A stretch of 64,000 bases of DNA from Mobula hypostoma (taxonomy: Eukaryota): assembly GCF_963921235.1 (NCBI RefSeq), contig NC_086097.1:64482001-64546000 (forward strand). The letters run 5' to 3'. A program made the translations under genes and the position numbers. The notes under the pieces are model-generated. The model was not told the DNA's origin, ran no database searches, and worked only from the letters and a program-made list of their open reading frames with translations. Shown piece after piece: positions 1-13,154 of the stretch (position 1 is its first letter; the number at the start of each line of letters is the position of its first letter).

Positions 1-9
1 AAAATACAC

Positions 10-215
10 TTTGGTTGAGAGCTTCAATTTCCTAGGAATGAACATCACCAGTAACCTGGCCTGATCCAACCACATTGACACCATGGTCAAGGAAACATAC
101 CAACACCTCTACTCTACTCTACTCCCCCAAGAAGGTTAAAGAAATCTGGCAAATTAGTTAGCTCCATCATGGGTACTAGCCTGTGCAGTATCCAAAACAT
201 CTTCAAGGAGAGGTG
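10..215 (+). mobile_element. Rex1/Babar-like LINE fragment (post-RT region), degenerate
   Basis: Reads roughly VESFNFLGMNITSNLA.SNHIDTMVKE and resembles the Rex1-like copy at about 41915-42225 (SSFKFLGAKISENLTWFQHID; gacatcttcagggagcggtgtct). Confidence 0.6.
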
Positions 216-311
216 CCTTTTCACTTTGTTAGTATTCAAAAATAAAATTAAGCAAAAACATTCGAGTAAAGCAAAATAATTCAATAAAGTAATTTGCATT
301 TTTCTTTGCAA

Positions 312-1080
312 TATGCACAAATTGCTGGAGGATCTCAGTAGGTGAGGCATAATCAACGGGGGGGGGGGGGACGGACAGTCAATGTTTCATGCCAAGACCT
401 TTCTGATCCTTCATCAGGACTGGAAAAGAATGAGGCAGAGGAAGAGCGCACACTGGCAGTTGATAGATGAGTCTGGGCAAGAAGGGAAAAGTGGAATGAT
501 GGGGGAGGGGAGTGATAGGGAGTGATATAAGAAGCTAGGAACTGATAGTTGGAAGAGGCAAAGGCCTGAAGAGGAAGTAAGCTAGTAAGAGAAGACTATA
601 GAGGAATAAAGGGAAGAAGGTGGGAAACAAAAGCAAATTGATGGGCATGTCATCAGGGTCAGGGAGGGGAAGAGAAGAACTGAGGGGGCTAGAGGAATGA
701 GGGAAAATAAAGGGGTTGGGAGAACAAGGGAAACAGAGGAGAGTTGTTACCCGAAAAGAGAGAAATCGATCTTGCTGCGTTCAGATTGTAGACTACCAAG
801 CAGGAGTATGAGGTGTTGCTCCTCTATGGCCTCATCATGGCAGTAGAGGGGCTGTGGACAGACGTGTCAGTGTGAGAATGAGAAGTGGAATCGAAATGGC
901 GAGTCACCATGAGATCCTGGCTGTTGCAGCAGACAGAGCAAAGGGTCCTGATGTACAATCTCGGCCCGAAACACTGACTGTTCATTTCCCTCCATAGATG
1001 CTGCCTGAGCTGCTGAGTTCCTCCAGCATTTTGTGTGTGTTGCTCAAGATTTCCAGCATCCACAGAATCTCTGGTGTCTC
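312..1080 (-). mobile_element. Penelope-like element remnant: GIY-YIG tail plus terminal repeat (minus), with an inverted terminal-repeat copy at about 943-1080
   Basis: Minus frame gives ..RHFDSTSHSHTDTSVH.., matching the GIY-YIG C-terminus in other copies. The two ends are inverted relatives (tgctggaggatctcag / ctgagttcctccagca). Degenerate hammerhead motifs at about 377-422 (-) and 945-980 (+). Confidence 0.7.
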
Positions 1081-1366
1081 CCTGTTGCATTTTCTCGATA
1101 GATGTTACCAACCCCATTGAAATTTATGGAGTCTTGCAGCCTTGGTGTAATCTAGTACAATATTAAAGAGGCTATTCCAAGAGAACTTCTGGGTCACCAA
1201 GAGAATGACAGCGTAGGAAAAGGTCTCTCAACAAAAAAGAACATAGACTGCCCCAAAGCCAAAATTAGACAAATATTTATTATTGTATAACTATATCAAT
1301 AAAAGGGGTAAGGATGGAGTCTAACTACAAGAATCAAAAGTCTGCTCAGGAGGCTGATATAAAAAG

Positions 1367-2290
1367 ATGCAGCAAGACGAGGGGCCTAGCTCCCCCAAGG
1401 CTAACCAGGACGGAGATAATGTGGAAGAATCAGTGAATCTGGCTTTGATTCTTAGAGAAATTCGTGACTTCCGACAAGATATCAACAAACAGCTGGAAGA
1501 TACTAAAGGAGAAATAGGAACAACTAATCTGAGGTTAGATGAAGCTGAAGCGAGGATTGTAGGGACTGATGAGAGGCTGCAAAACGCAGAGGAAGTGACA
1601 GGAGAAATGCTGAATCTACAAGAGCAGCTCCAGTGGAAGCTAATAGACCAAGAAGGGAAAATGTGAGGATCTGTGGAGTTCCCAAAGGTAAACGAAGGCT
1701 CCACGAAGGTAAACCCGGATTGGTGATGCCCTTCATGGAGAAGCTGCTTAGAGAGAACCTTGAAATACCAGACTCAAAAGACCTACAGATAGAAAGGGCC
1801 CACCGCGCGTTGGCACCACAACCCCCAGCAGATGCCCAGCCCAGATGGATTTTAGTCAGATTTCTCAGTTACAGAACGAAGGAAGAAGTGCTTAAACTGG
1901 CATGGCAAAAGAAAGACTTTATGTGGAACAACGTAAAATCAGTTTAGACCAAGATTACGCACCGGGGATCCTTGCCAGATGGAAGGAATACGCGGAAACA
2001 CGGAGGGTCCTGAAGGAAAACAACATCAGATTTCAGACCCTGTATCCAGCTGGGCTAAGAGTCTTTTACGACGAAGGGACAAAAACCTACGCTACAGTGG
2101 AAGAGGCAACGTTGGATCTGGCGGTTTGGGGACTACCCATAAAAGTTATCACCCAACCGGAGTCAGCACTGGAGAAGATTCGGCGGTGAACATGGCAGCC
2201 AGTGCGGCGAGGACGCTCCACTCAATCCAGAGTGTCAAGCTATAAGGAAAAGCTCCAAGTATTCAGAAGTGAACGTACAGAGAGTGTAGA
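1367..2290 (+). pseudogene. L1 ORF1 (coiled-coil/RRM/CTD RNA-binding protein), frameshifted
   Basis: Three overlapping ORF pieces with L1 ORF1 motifs: RRENVRICGVP, IERAHRAL, LVRFLSYRTKEEVL, ISLDQDY, FQTLYPAGLRV. Confidence 0.88.
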
Positions 2291-2435
2291 ATAATTGAGA
2301 AATGACCGAAAAGAGTAAATCATACTTAAAGGTAAAATGAAAGCTGATAATTGAAAATAAACTAGGCGGAGTAACGAATGATAGCAATATGGTGGAGACA
2401 TAAAAAGGAGAGAATTCTCTATAACTGTTCACACT

Positions 2436-2618
2436 GCGGAGGGCCCTCGAACACAGTCTGGAGATAGGGGTTATCCCTCTGAACTGAGGTGGCTCGGCGG
2501 AGGGCCCTCTAACACAGACTGGAGATAGGGGTTATCCCTCTGAACTGAGGCGGCTCGGCGGAGGGCCCTCTAACACAGACTGGAGATAGGGGTTATCCCT
2601 CTGAACTGAGGCGGCTCA
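2436..2618. repeat. 3 x 61-bp tandem repeat in the L1 inter-ORF spacer
   Basis: Unit gcggagggccctctaacacagactggagataggggttatccctctgaactgaggcggctcg starts at 2436, 2497 and 2558; copies differ at only a few positions. Confidence 0.95.
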
Positions 2619-3060
2619 GTACTCAGGCCTCACTGTTGGAAGTCGGGAAAATTTTTCAAATGTTCTATGTTCAAAAATACCCAGGGTTTGGTTTTATGTT
2701 CTGGTTTACTGTGGAGAAGGGATTGCTTACTGTTAGTTCAGAAGAGGAGAGTGTTTTTTTCCTATTAGAGAAAAATGCAAATTGAACTGGTAAAAATAAT
2801 TTCCTATAATGTACATGGGGTTTTGAATCCAATTAAGAGGAATAAGATTATGTCTAAATTGAAAAAGGAGAGGGCACAAATAGCTTTCCTTCAGGAAACG
2901 TACATGAGCCAATCCGAACATGCAAGATTAAAAAGAATGGGACTTTAAGCATGTATTTTATTCATCATATAAATTGGGCCACAAAAGAGGAGTAGCTACT
3001 TTAATATCAAGTGCTCTTAATTATGAACATATTTCAGAGACTAAAGACAAGGATGGACGG

Positions 3061-3735
3061 TGAAGCACCTTCAATTACTCCAAAAGACTGAGGTTTGGGA
3101 AAATACTGAAAGGCTTTTATTCGCTGTACAATACGACCTCCACAGTGAGTGTCTGCCCCCGGACTGAGGGGGAGGGGCAAGGCGAAATCACCTTTATACT
3201 GGACTCTGTGGGAGGAGCCACAGGGGCAATCAGCAGAGGGGCGTGTCCAGACAGGTAACCCAGTTACAACATATATATGGTTTACCACATTCATCCCTCC
3301 TTTTTTTAAAAAGAGTCCCACGGGGTGAAGTGACTGACAATATTTACAAGAAGTATATTTACAGGTTAAGTCTATCAGGCGGTCGAGTCCGTCGCTGTGA
3401 TCTAGGTAGCACCGGCGGTGATTGCACCGGCGATGGCGGTTGTGCTGGCTCCGGCCTGACTTGAGGTGTCAGCACGTTAGGTGTTGTTAATCCCTCGTGT
3501 GTGTGCGTCATGCCCGGTATGGGAGTGTCGTGTGGTGTCTGTATAGGGTTTGGGGTGCACGGTGTCTTGTAGGTACATACATCGGTGGGTACGGGGTCAA
3601 TAGTCACTACGGAGTGTTCAGGGTAGGGGCCCGGAGCTCCTGTGGGTGCCAAGTCGCGGATGGAGACCGTGTCCTCCGCCCATCAGGTAAAACCACGTAG
3701 GCATACTGGGGGTTTGCATGAAGTAAGTGAAGAGT
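3061..3735 (-). mobile_element. Gypsy-type LTR retrotransposon 3' end (integrase tail, PPT, 229-bp LTR at 3061-3289)
   Basis: Minus strand: HANPQYAYVVLPDGR..RSQRRTRPPDRLNL*, then polypurine aaaaaaaggagggatgaa, then an LTR running TGTGG...TTCA with TATAAA and AATAAA. Confidence 0.8.
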
Positions 3736-3739
3736 ATGG

Positions 3740-3971
3740 GGAGCACTGAGAGATGGTTTCACTGAACTCCCTCCCATCTGTAATTTCTCCCCCTCCCCCT
3801 CCAACTTTCAAATCCCTTACTCACTCTTCCTTCAGTTAGTCCTGACGAAGGGTCTCGGCCTGAAACGTCGACTGCACCTCTTCCTAGAGATGCTGCCTGG
3901 CCTGCTGCGTTCACCAGCAACTTTTATGTGTGTTGCTTGAATTTCCAGCATCTGCAGAATTCCTGTTGTTT
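3740..3971 (+). mobile_element. Penelope-like terminal repeat fragment
   Basis: Nearly identical to the repeats at 55760-56009, 60430-60566 and 31636-31760; ends gaattcctgttgttt. Confidence 0.8.
3838..3873 (+). ncRNA. Minimal type I hammerhead ribozyme motif
   Basis: AGTC-CTGACGA-AGG(gtctcgg)CCT-GAAA-CG-TC-GACT: stem I, intact core, stem II, and palindromic ACGT in place of stem III. Confidence 0.75.
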
Positions 3972-6900
3972 GCATCATTAATGGAGAAGCTGGGAATTAT
4001 AGATGTGTGGAGGGAATTACACCCCTCTAGTAAAGACTATGTGCATTATTCTTTCCCTCATTCAGCTTATTCAAGGATAGACTTTTTTTAAATATTTAAC
4101 ACAGATAGATTCAGGATAAAAAAGTGTAATATTGAAACAATTGATCAGTCCGACCATAGTCCAGTCTCTATGTCTCTAATTCTGGAAAGGAAAATGAGGA
4201 AAACAATATGGAGGTTAAATTCCCATATACTCAATAACCTGAAAGTAATGGAGGAATAAAGGGGAGAAATCAAAGAATACTTAGACCATAATGACACGGG
4301 AGAAACATCACCGGTGATCTTATGGGATACATTGAAAACTGTACCAAGAGGGAAAATCATTTCCATTACTACTCACATGAAAAAATTCAATGCACAAAAA
4401 TTAGCAGACCTTAAGGAAAACTAAAACAACTTCAAATTGTAGATAGCAACAAAATTAGTTCTAATTTAAAACAGGAAATTAAGGAAGTGCAAAGTGAAAT
4501 TGATGATATATACAAATTGGAAACTCAGAGAAACTTTCTTTACCTGAGACAAAAGAATTATGAAGTAGGAGGAAAATCAGCTAGATTATTAGCATATAAA
4601 TTACATAAACAACAAGCAGACAATACAATTCATAAAATGAAGAATCCAAACACAAAGCTTGAGAAGAATGCAATAGGGAAAATTCAAAAGAGTTTTGAAA
4701 CATATTATCGAGAGCTGTACTCTCAACCCCGGGCCTCCAATGAGCCCTATATAGACACTTCCCTGAATTCTTTGGATCTACCCAAGCTCACTGATTTACA
4801 AAATGAAGGCCTATTAAAACCAGTAACTGCCAGTAACTATTAGAATCAGAACTGAACGTGGCCATCTCTAGATTAAAGGCCGGAAAGTCTCCAGGCTCTG
4901 ATGGATTTACCTCAGAGTGGTACAAATCACTGAAGTCACAGTTAGTTCCATTATTACTTAACACCTTTAATTAGATCTTACAGAGAAGTGAAATTCCTGC
5001 TTCCTGGAGAGAGGTGATTATCTCAGTTATTCTTAAAGAGGGTAAAGATAAACTAGAATGTGGTAATTACCGGCCAATCAGTGTTCTTAATTTGGACTAC
5101 AAATTATTTACATCTCTATTAGCTCGTAGACTGGAAAAGCTTCTACCTGGCCTCATCCACTTAGACCAGAATGGATTCATTCAGCAAAGACAAACTCAGA
5201 ACAATCTAAGGAGAACTTTACACACACTAGAACAGGTTATTAAGAATGGCACAGAGACAATAGTAGTGGGATTAGACGCTGAGAAAGCTTCCTATACAGA
5301 GTGTTAGGAAGATTCCGCTTTCATGAGAAATTTATTAAAGTAACCCAGATTTTATATGACAGCCCTACAGCTCGAATTAGGATAAATGGGGACCTCTCTG
5401 ACTCTTTTATTTTAGACAGAGGAACTAGGCAGGGATGCCCAATTTCTCCTCTCCTTTTTGCACTATACATTGAACCTCTTGCCCAACTAATAAGACAGAG
5501 CGAAGTTGTAAAAGGTATCAAGGTGGCAGGGGTTGAACAGAAGGTGGTGCTATTCGCAGATGACGTTTTAGTCTATTTGAGTGAACCAGAAAAATCATTT
5601 ATAGGATTGTTTACACTGTTGGATGAGTTAGGGAAAATATTAGGTTGTAAAATTAATGTAAAGAAAATGCAGGTTTTATCCTTAAATTATGCAGCATCCA
5701 AAAAACTGCAGGATACATATGATCTTAAGTGGGAAGCTAAATCATTAAAATATTTAGGAATAACCCTGCCAAAAGATCTTTCAACATTGTCACAGGTAAA
5801 TTATAGGCCATTAATTTCAGAGATAAAAGCAGATATACATAGGTGGAATCTTATCCCCTTTTTAAGTTTAACTTCAAGGATAAATACCATAAAAATGAAT
5901 ATTCTCCCTCGGTTACTTCACCTTTTCTGGACTTTACCTGTGGAAGTGGATGATAATCAATTCAGGGAATGGGACAAATGGATTTCCTGCTTTATCTGGG
6001 AAGGAAAGAAACCTAGAATCCGACTTAACACCTTACAGTTAGGAAAGGAAGGAGGAGGTATGGGCACTTCCTTGTTGAGAAATTATTTTTATGCCTCACA
6101 GATAACCCCTCTGTTAATATTGGTGCAATAGGGAATGTAAGGCTAGATGGATGGAAATAGCATTTGGATTGATTGACAGTTTTCCTCTACAGGCCTCAAT
6201 AGTGGACAAAGGATTGATGGCCTAATTGGAAAAGATTAAAAACAGCTGGATAAATCTCACATTAAAAGTATGGCAGAAGATGGCTAATTCATGTGGAATC
6301 AATAACACGTTAAAACTTTTCAGATGGTGTGCTTATGATACAGAAATTCTTCCCAACAGAGGAGATAAAAGATTTGAACTGTGGATAAAGAAAGGTCTTA
6401 CAACCTACCTCTCATTCACACATCAAAGTGTATTACAAAGTTTTCAATCCCTGTAGGACAAACGTGGCCTAGAACACAATTACTTTTTTAGGTACCTTCA
6501 AGTATGACATCATGTTAACCAGAGTTGTAGACATACAGACTTATCAATAGTAGGATTAGAATTTCTCAAGATTCTGAATTCGGCTTACAGTTCAATACCA
6601 AGTAAATCAATTTCTCGATTATATAATGCCCTCTCTCATGCCAAAAATGAAAACACATTGTATGTTAAAGAGTAGTGGGAGAAAGCAGGGTTGGTACTTT
6701 CGGAGGAGGCTTGGGGAAAATATGCTGCTTCCAGTGGTCTTCGACTAACTCTTTGATTTGGAGAGAACATTGTTGGAAAAATATTATAAGATACTTCAAG
6801 ACCCCATACCAGGAAAAATATGAAGACACAAATGTGGTGTGTTGGAGAAGGTGTGGCTCCAAGGAGGCAAATCATTTCCATATTTTTTGGGATTGCCCTA

Positions 6901-7724
6901 AATTAAGTTTATACTGGAAAGGTATTCGCAGTACATTAGTTAAGGTATTTAAGACTCAGATACCTCTGAACTTTGAGACTCTCTACTTGGGGCATGTTTT
7001 GTTTTTGGAACAGAAGAAAGATATAAAGCTGCTGCAGGCCCTTTTAGCGGCAAGTAAGAAATCAATCACCAGAAAGTGGTTAAATCCAACATCACCTACA
7101 TAAGAAGATTGGCATGAAATCATTTTGGAAATATTTAAAATGGAAACAATGACCTACACTCTGAGAATTCAAAAGGAAAAATTTTTATCAAATTTGGAAT
7201 AAATGGATTGAATTTATAACCCCAGAGCGAGCAGACTTTAAATGACTCTCCTAATGGTTTATACTGTTGTCTCACCAACGTAGTAATAGTGTTAACATAA
7301 GCACCCTTGGCTCGAATGTTTACTGTTCCTTTTTTTTGGAAAATGTGGAACTAACAGAAGTAAAGAAAAGATCCGGGGAAATTTTGGACCAGAAAGAAAT
7401 GGACCAGAAGAGATACATGGAAATTAGTATTCAACCGCTACTATTAATATTTTTTATAACAACTATTATCATTATTTAGTTTAATAGAGTGGAATTACAA
7501 TTGCACATAAACATCTATTTGAGTGCCTAATTATTTTCTATATTATCTCAATGTGCACTTGTGAATGTACAAATTAATATTACATAAAAATGGAAAAGGT
7601 TATATATGTAAGGTACTTGTGAATACCTTATCCAAATAAAAATAAAATTTAAAAAGAAGAGGCAATTTCTTGGGGTAAATTTGAGGAAATCATTGCAACA
7701 AAGGGCTCTGCTGATGATGGTGTA

Positions 7725-7924
7725 GGTCCGAAGTCTAATGTAGTTTTGTGTTGCTTCATGTAGTCTAGTGTAGTTTTGTGTTGTTTCAGGTAGTCTAGTG
7801 TAGTTTTGTGTTGTTTCATGTAGCACCATGGTTCTGGAGGAACGTTGTTTCATTTTTACTGTGTACTGTACCAGCAGTTATGGTTGAAATGACAATAAAA
7901 ACCACTTGACTTGACTTGACTTGA
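7725..7924 (+). mobile_element. LINE 3' end fragment (Rex1-like) with a roughly 30-bp tandem unit and (CTTGA)n tail
   Basis: gtagttttgtgttgtttcatgtagtctagt repeated about 3 times; AATAAA followed by cttgacttgacttgacttga. Confidence 0.6.
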
Positions 7925-7929
7925 TTTCT

Positions 7930-8862
7930 CTGTGGAGCTGTATGGAATAGCCTACAAAAATTAGTGGATACAGCCCAACCCATCACAGGTAAAGCCCTCC
8001 CTACTATTGAGAACTTCTACCAGGAGTGTTGTCGCAGGAAAGCAGCATCCGTTATCAAGGATGCCCACCATCTAGACCATGTTTTCTTCCATCAGGAAGG
8101 GGTACAGGTTGAAAAGTTCATTTATTATCGAAGTATACAACTCTGAAATTCTTCTCTGGGTAGCCATGAAACCGAGAAAGAAAAGAAAGGCAGCACTATC
8201 ATCAAGCCCCCAGATCCCCCTTCCCTGCACAAAAAACTTGCACATCAACCCCCAAATCAGGAACAGTTATCATCCCTCAACCACCTGGTTCCTGAAGCAG
8301 AAGGGATACCGTCACTCCCTCCAACAGTGATCTGATTCCACAACCTATGAACACACTTTCAAGGAGTCTACAACTGATGTTCTTGATATTTATTTATCTG
8401 TTTGTTTGCTTGCTTGCTTATTTATCTATCTATTTATCTATTTATTTATCTATTTATTTATTTATCTATCTATCTATCTATTTATTTATTTATTTATTTA
8501 TTTATAAATCGATCTATCTATTTATTTATCTATTTATCTATCTATTTATTTATCTATCTATCTATCTATTTATATATAAATTTATTTATCTATTTATTTA
8601 TTTATTTATTTATTTAATCAATCAATCAATTTATTTGTTTATTTATCTATCTATCTATCTATCTATTTATTTACTTTCTTTTTTATGATTTCATGTTTTG
8701 TTCTCTTTTGCATATTGGTTGGTTATCCAGCTTTGTGTGTAGTTTTTCGGTGATTATATTGTGTTTCTTTGTATTTACAGTGAATGCCAAAAGGAAAATA
8801 AATCTCAGGATAGTATATGGTGACATATAGATAATTTGATTATAAATTTATTTTGAACTTTA
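7930..8862 (+). mobile_element. Degenerate Rex1-related 3' fragments
   Basis: CRRKAASVIKDAHH matches CLRKAASISKDLQHPGH of the Rex1 copy; ends aaatttattttgaacttt as at about 43011-43031. Confidence 0.55.
8386..8685. repeat. Compound (TATC)n/(TATT)n microsatellite
   Basis: Directly visible; explains the low-complexity IYLF/IYLS ORFs. Confidence 0.95.
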
Positions 8863-9379
8863 AGCTATAAACTTCCTCTGCAGAAAATGGGTGTTATTGT
8901 TTGTGCTTTTAAGCCTATAATGAGTTGCTTAATGGGCACCTTTCATGAGCCCACATGTACAACTGTAGTTCGGGTTGAGGTAACTCAAACGTTTAAAAGG
9001 TGTTTGCTTTAGTTTTCAAGTCACTCAAATGACTAAAATGATTTACAAAGTAAGTATGTGGTCACCTGGCCTTGAGGTGGATAACTAATTAAGATGTGCT
9101 GGGAACAATTAAACAGTTAAGATGGAGGGAATGTGTTCCAATCTTTCTTTCCATTTGACACTTAAATATGTGCATGAAATACAATCAAATCCTGTCTGCA
9201 TCTTCTCTCCTCCCTCCTCCACCCAATCTTGAGTTAAGAAAGGAGAAATATTCCCATCCTCAAAGTTTTTTAAGCTTGTGGACTAGGATGAAGAATGATG
9301 GTAAATGAAAAAGGTACTGTATATTGAAAAGTTAAGGTACAACCATTTAGAGACATACTGTATACAGATATGAATTCTG

Positions 9380-9645
9380 CCAACTACACAGAGCATTGTC
9401 ACAGGAAAGCGGCATCTATCATCAAGGACACCCAACATTAGGGCTATGCTCTCTTCTCTCTGCTACTATCAGGAAGGAGTGATGGGAGCCTCAGGAACAG
9501 TTATTACCCCTCAACCATCAGGCTCTTGAACCAGAGGGGATAACTTCACTCAATTCTACTCACCCCATCACTTAACAGTTCTCGGAATCTATGCAATCAC
9601 TTTCAAGGACTCTTCATCTCATGTTCTCAATATTTATTGCTTATT
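9380..9645 (+). mobile_element. Rex1-related 3' fragment
   Basis: gagcattgtcacaggaaagcggcatctatcatcaaggaca...ctcttctctctgctactatcaggaagg, homologous to 42210-42300. Confidence 0.55.
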
Positions 9646-10459
9646 ATAGAGCTCAGAGCAAGGATCAACACCTGGAATTATGATATTGTGGCCATGAGTG
9701 AGACTGGTTTGCAGGAGGGGCAGAACTGGCAGCTCAGTATTCCGAGGTTCCATTGTTTTAGACGTGACAGAGCAGGAGGGATTAAAGGAGGAGGGATGAT
9801 GTTACTGGTCAAGGAAAAAGTCATGGCAGTGCTCAGTCAGGACAGACCAGAGAACTCGTTTAGTGAGGCATTATGGGTGGAACTGAGAATTAAGAAAGGT
9901 ATGACCACGTTAATGGGGCTATATTATAGGCCACTAAACAGTCTGCGGGAATTAGAGAAACAGATTTGTAGAGAGATTGCAGACTGTTGCAAGAAACATA
10001 AGTGTGTAACAGTGGGAGATTTTAACTTTTCAGATATTGACTGGGCTCCCATACGGTAAAAGGACTGGATGAGATAGAGTTCATCAAATGTGTTCAGGAA
10101 AGTTTCCTTAATCAGTACGTAGAAGTCCCAATGAGAGAGTGAGCAATTCTTGATCTGCTATTAGGGAATGAGACAGGGCGGGTGACAGAAGTTTGTGTAG
10201 GGAAACATTTTGCATCTAGTGATCACAATGCCATTAGCTTCAAAGTAAATATGCAAAAAGATAGGTCAGGTCAGCAGGTTGAGATTGTAAACTGGAGAAA
10301 GGCCAATTTTCATGGTATCAAAAATGATCTGGCAAATGTGGATTGGGACAGGCTGTTTTCTAGCAAAGAAGTACTCAGTAAGTGAGAGGCTTCAAATGTG
10401 AAATTTTGAGAGTATGAAGCTTGTACATGCCTGTCGGAATAAAAGGTAAAGATAACAAG
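9646..10459 (+). mobile_element. CR1 LINE fragment (endonuclease region)
   Basis: YDIVAMSET, GLYYRP, VGDFNF, SSDHNAISF; homologous to 16830-17630. Confidence 0.9.
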
Positions 10460-12666
10460 TGTAGTAGCACCATTACCCTTTGGAATTGCTAGATGTTTTC
10501 ATGTAGTTGATGTCTTTCAGGTTTGGGAATGCAGCGTGAATTGCATGAAGAGCATAGCTGTTTCCTGTTATTCACTCTGTGTGATATATAAATAACAAGG
10601 CTATGACAAGGCAGCACATGTATACATTGAGATTGTTTTATATTGGAGCTATTCTATGACCACAGCAATTTCTAGTTCATTGCAATTTATAGATCACTAT
10701 ATGAAGTTTATGGGCTTCCTGCAGAATCAGGCAGTTTTAGTCTTATTCAAATTTTTTTGCAGACTAGCCCAGAATACTCTAAACTGAGAAATCATATTAA
10801 TTATTATGCTGCTGCATACGTGATAAGACACTTGAAGCAATGCAAATACAAATATAAGCGGGCATTCAGATTTATTTTTAAAATGTCACAAAAGCTGAAG
10901 TAGCTATGATTAAACCAAGAATAATTTACTATTTGTTAAATTCTGCTTAATCTTTTCCGTATAGGATCGAAAGTATCTTTTTCGACTCTGGAACTTTGTT
11001 ATTTGGAAGCATGTCTCACAGTGTTGACCTCCTGTCTTAGCCTGTAGGCATTTTTGGTTTGTTTTAAAGTAACTGCTACATTTTGTCAACTAAAAGAATG
11101 GTTACACTGAATGAACACCAGCCTACTGCAAAGGATTGCTTCGGACTATTTGGGGAAATTGGAATCACAACACTGAGAACATGTTGGAAACAGAAGCAGC
11201 TAGCGGTACGATTACTGTTCTGCAACATATTGTTGATTCATGTTGTGAGTCTGTGATTTGAACACAGTCATGAATGGTCAGTCCTGTCCGTCCATAAGGG
11301 ACAATTGCTCATTTGTGTGGGATTTGCCTAAGGTTTGTTGCTTTGTTTTATTGAAGTGTTGAAATATTCTGGATGTCAATGTTTGAATTGAAGGCAGTTT
11401 GTTTGGTTTGGTTTAGGCGCTGTGGATGTATGGACAGTTTGATTGTTGACTACATTTATTGAATTGAATATCACTGGGCTGCAGGTGAACAGACTATTAT
11501 ATGCTGCGCAACTCGAGAAAGTAACTTGAGTGTAGCAAGCATAGAATTAGTGCCAACCACCCTGCCATTGGGGCTTGTAAAATGAGAAATTAGAGCTAAA
11601 AATAAGGCTAATCCAATTGAAAGTCTTCAAAAGAGTATGAAACAAATGTAAACAAAATTAAAAGCTTACTACCACAATTAATGATCACTTGAAAATTCAA
11701 GAAAATGCCTTAAAAGTGCAATCTCATACTGACAACTTGATTAATCTCTGTGAAGCTGTTGCTAATCAACATCACATGCTAATCTCATTACTTGCCAAGG
11801 CTGAACAAATAAAACAGAACCAATGTTTTTCAAACATTGATCTCTATTGCAGTGTATTCATAGAGGATACGAAACAATTGTTGACCCAAACATGTTATAT
11901 TTGAAGTCTTGTTGCTGCAACAAGTTAATATGTGCCTCACCTTCCACCAGTCAATGTTCTCAAATTCCAAGGCATGTTTTGACTATGCATAGAGCAAATG
12001 ACCAACAGGATGGCATGAAACCATATGGCAGCGTGTCTAATGTTAGTGCTCAAAGCTCTATTGCAGGAAAAAAATCTTCCTCATCTACCTCCTCCTCTGT
12101 ACATATTAAAACAGAGGCTGATTTTGCATTAATCACACATCCATGATTATTGAAGAACAAACATGTGCTGGAAGAGCAAGAGGAGCATCTACAGAAAAGA
12201 AGTTAAAGAAAGAAATTGCCGCACATATGGCTAAAGATAATGTGCTAAGGGCTTCAAGTGTGATGAGCACTAAAAGTACTCCATCAGGACAGTCCTATAG
12301 TGTGAGTTCCTATATTGAAAAGGCATAAAGAAAAACAAAAACACTTAATGACAATGCTGATTTATTCATTTCTCAAGTGTCCGTGAAGCATGAACAAAAC
12401 CTCCAAGAGGTAGTTCAGGGTGTTTATTTTCAACCTGCACTAATGAGGCACTCTGAACCTATGTCATAGCCAATAGCTCAAAGTGCTCATGGAAACATTA
12501 ACTTACAGCATGGAAACATTTTTGCTTTAGATGACAGAGATTAAAATGGTACTATTAATATTATGAGGAAGCAAAATGAAATATCATCCTTATTGGTACA
12601 ACTGCAATGCATTTCATCTTTGACTAAAACAGAGATTCAAATTTGTGATGGAGATCTATTGCAGTA

Positions 12667-12808
12667 TAGAACATAGAACATAGAACATAGAACATAGAAC
12701 ATAGAATAGTACAGCACAGCACAGGCCCTTCAGCCCATAATGTTGTGCTGACCCTTAAACCCTGCCTCTCATATAACACCCCCCACCTTAAATTCCTCAT
12801 TCATATAT
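12667..12808 (-). mobile_element. CR1-type 3' end fragment with (TAGAACA)n tail
   Basis: Heptamer tail plus tacagcacagcacaggcccttcagccc; splits the BEL gag motif. Confidence 0.75.
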
Positions 12809-13154
12809 CATGCTTTCATGAGGGCTTTTGAAAACAGCATTGAATGCAAGACTGACTGCCATGGTGACTGATCCTATTTCCTTGAACAGTACACTATAGA
12901 TCACTCTAGAGATTGCCAGAAGTTGCCAGTATGTTGATCCTACAAAAGGATACCTAAAGGCATTACTACAGGAACATTTTAATCCTGAAGAACATTGCCA
13001 AAGGCTCTTTCTTGGGTATCTATCAAATCTGAAGATGTGAAAGCCCTTCAAGACTTCCTTAGAGGCTGTTGCAATGCCATGAAAGAGGATCAGAACATGC
13101 GTGAGCTGGACATGCCTGCTAGTATATTGACTGTCATAAAGAATTTGCTCTATA

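Larger units (their letters stand above)
2775..7240 (+). pseudogene. L1 ORF2 (APE endonuclease - reverse transcriptase - CCHC), many stops and frameshifts, interrupted
   Basis: [95 protein letters not shown]. Confidence 0.92.
1181..7660 (+). mobile_element. Full-length but decayed L1-clade LINE, interrupted at 3061-3971
   Basis: 5' end gagaacttctgg; ORF1, APE endonuclease, RT and CCHC domains in order; AATAAA and A-rich tail at 7634-7660; candidate TSD aagaggctattcc (1166-1178) vs aagaggcaatttc (7657-7669), 11/13 match. Confidence 0.9.

Noticed and set aside
2436..2618. CRISPR-like array
   Set aside because: Contiguous tandem units with no unique spacers, no cas genes, and a eukaryotic L1 context.
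8347..8688. Hydrophobic 113-aa ORF
   Set aside because: Translation of a TATC/TATT microsatellite.
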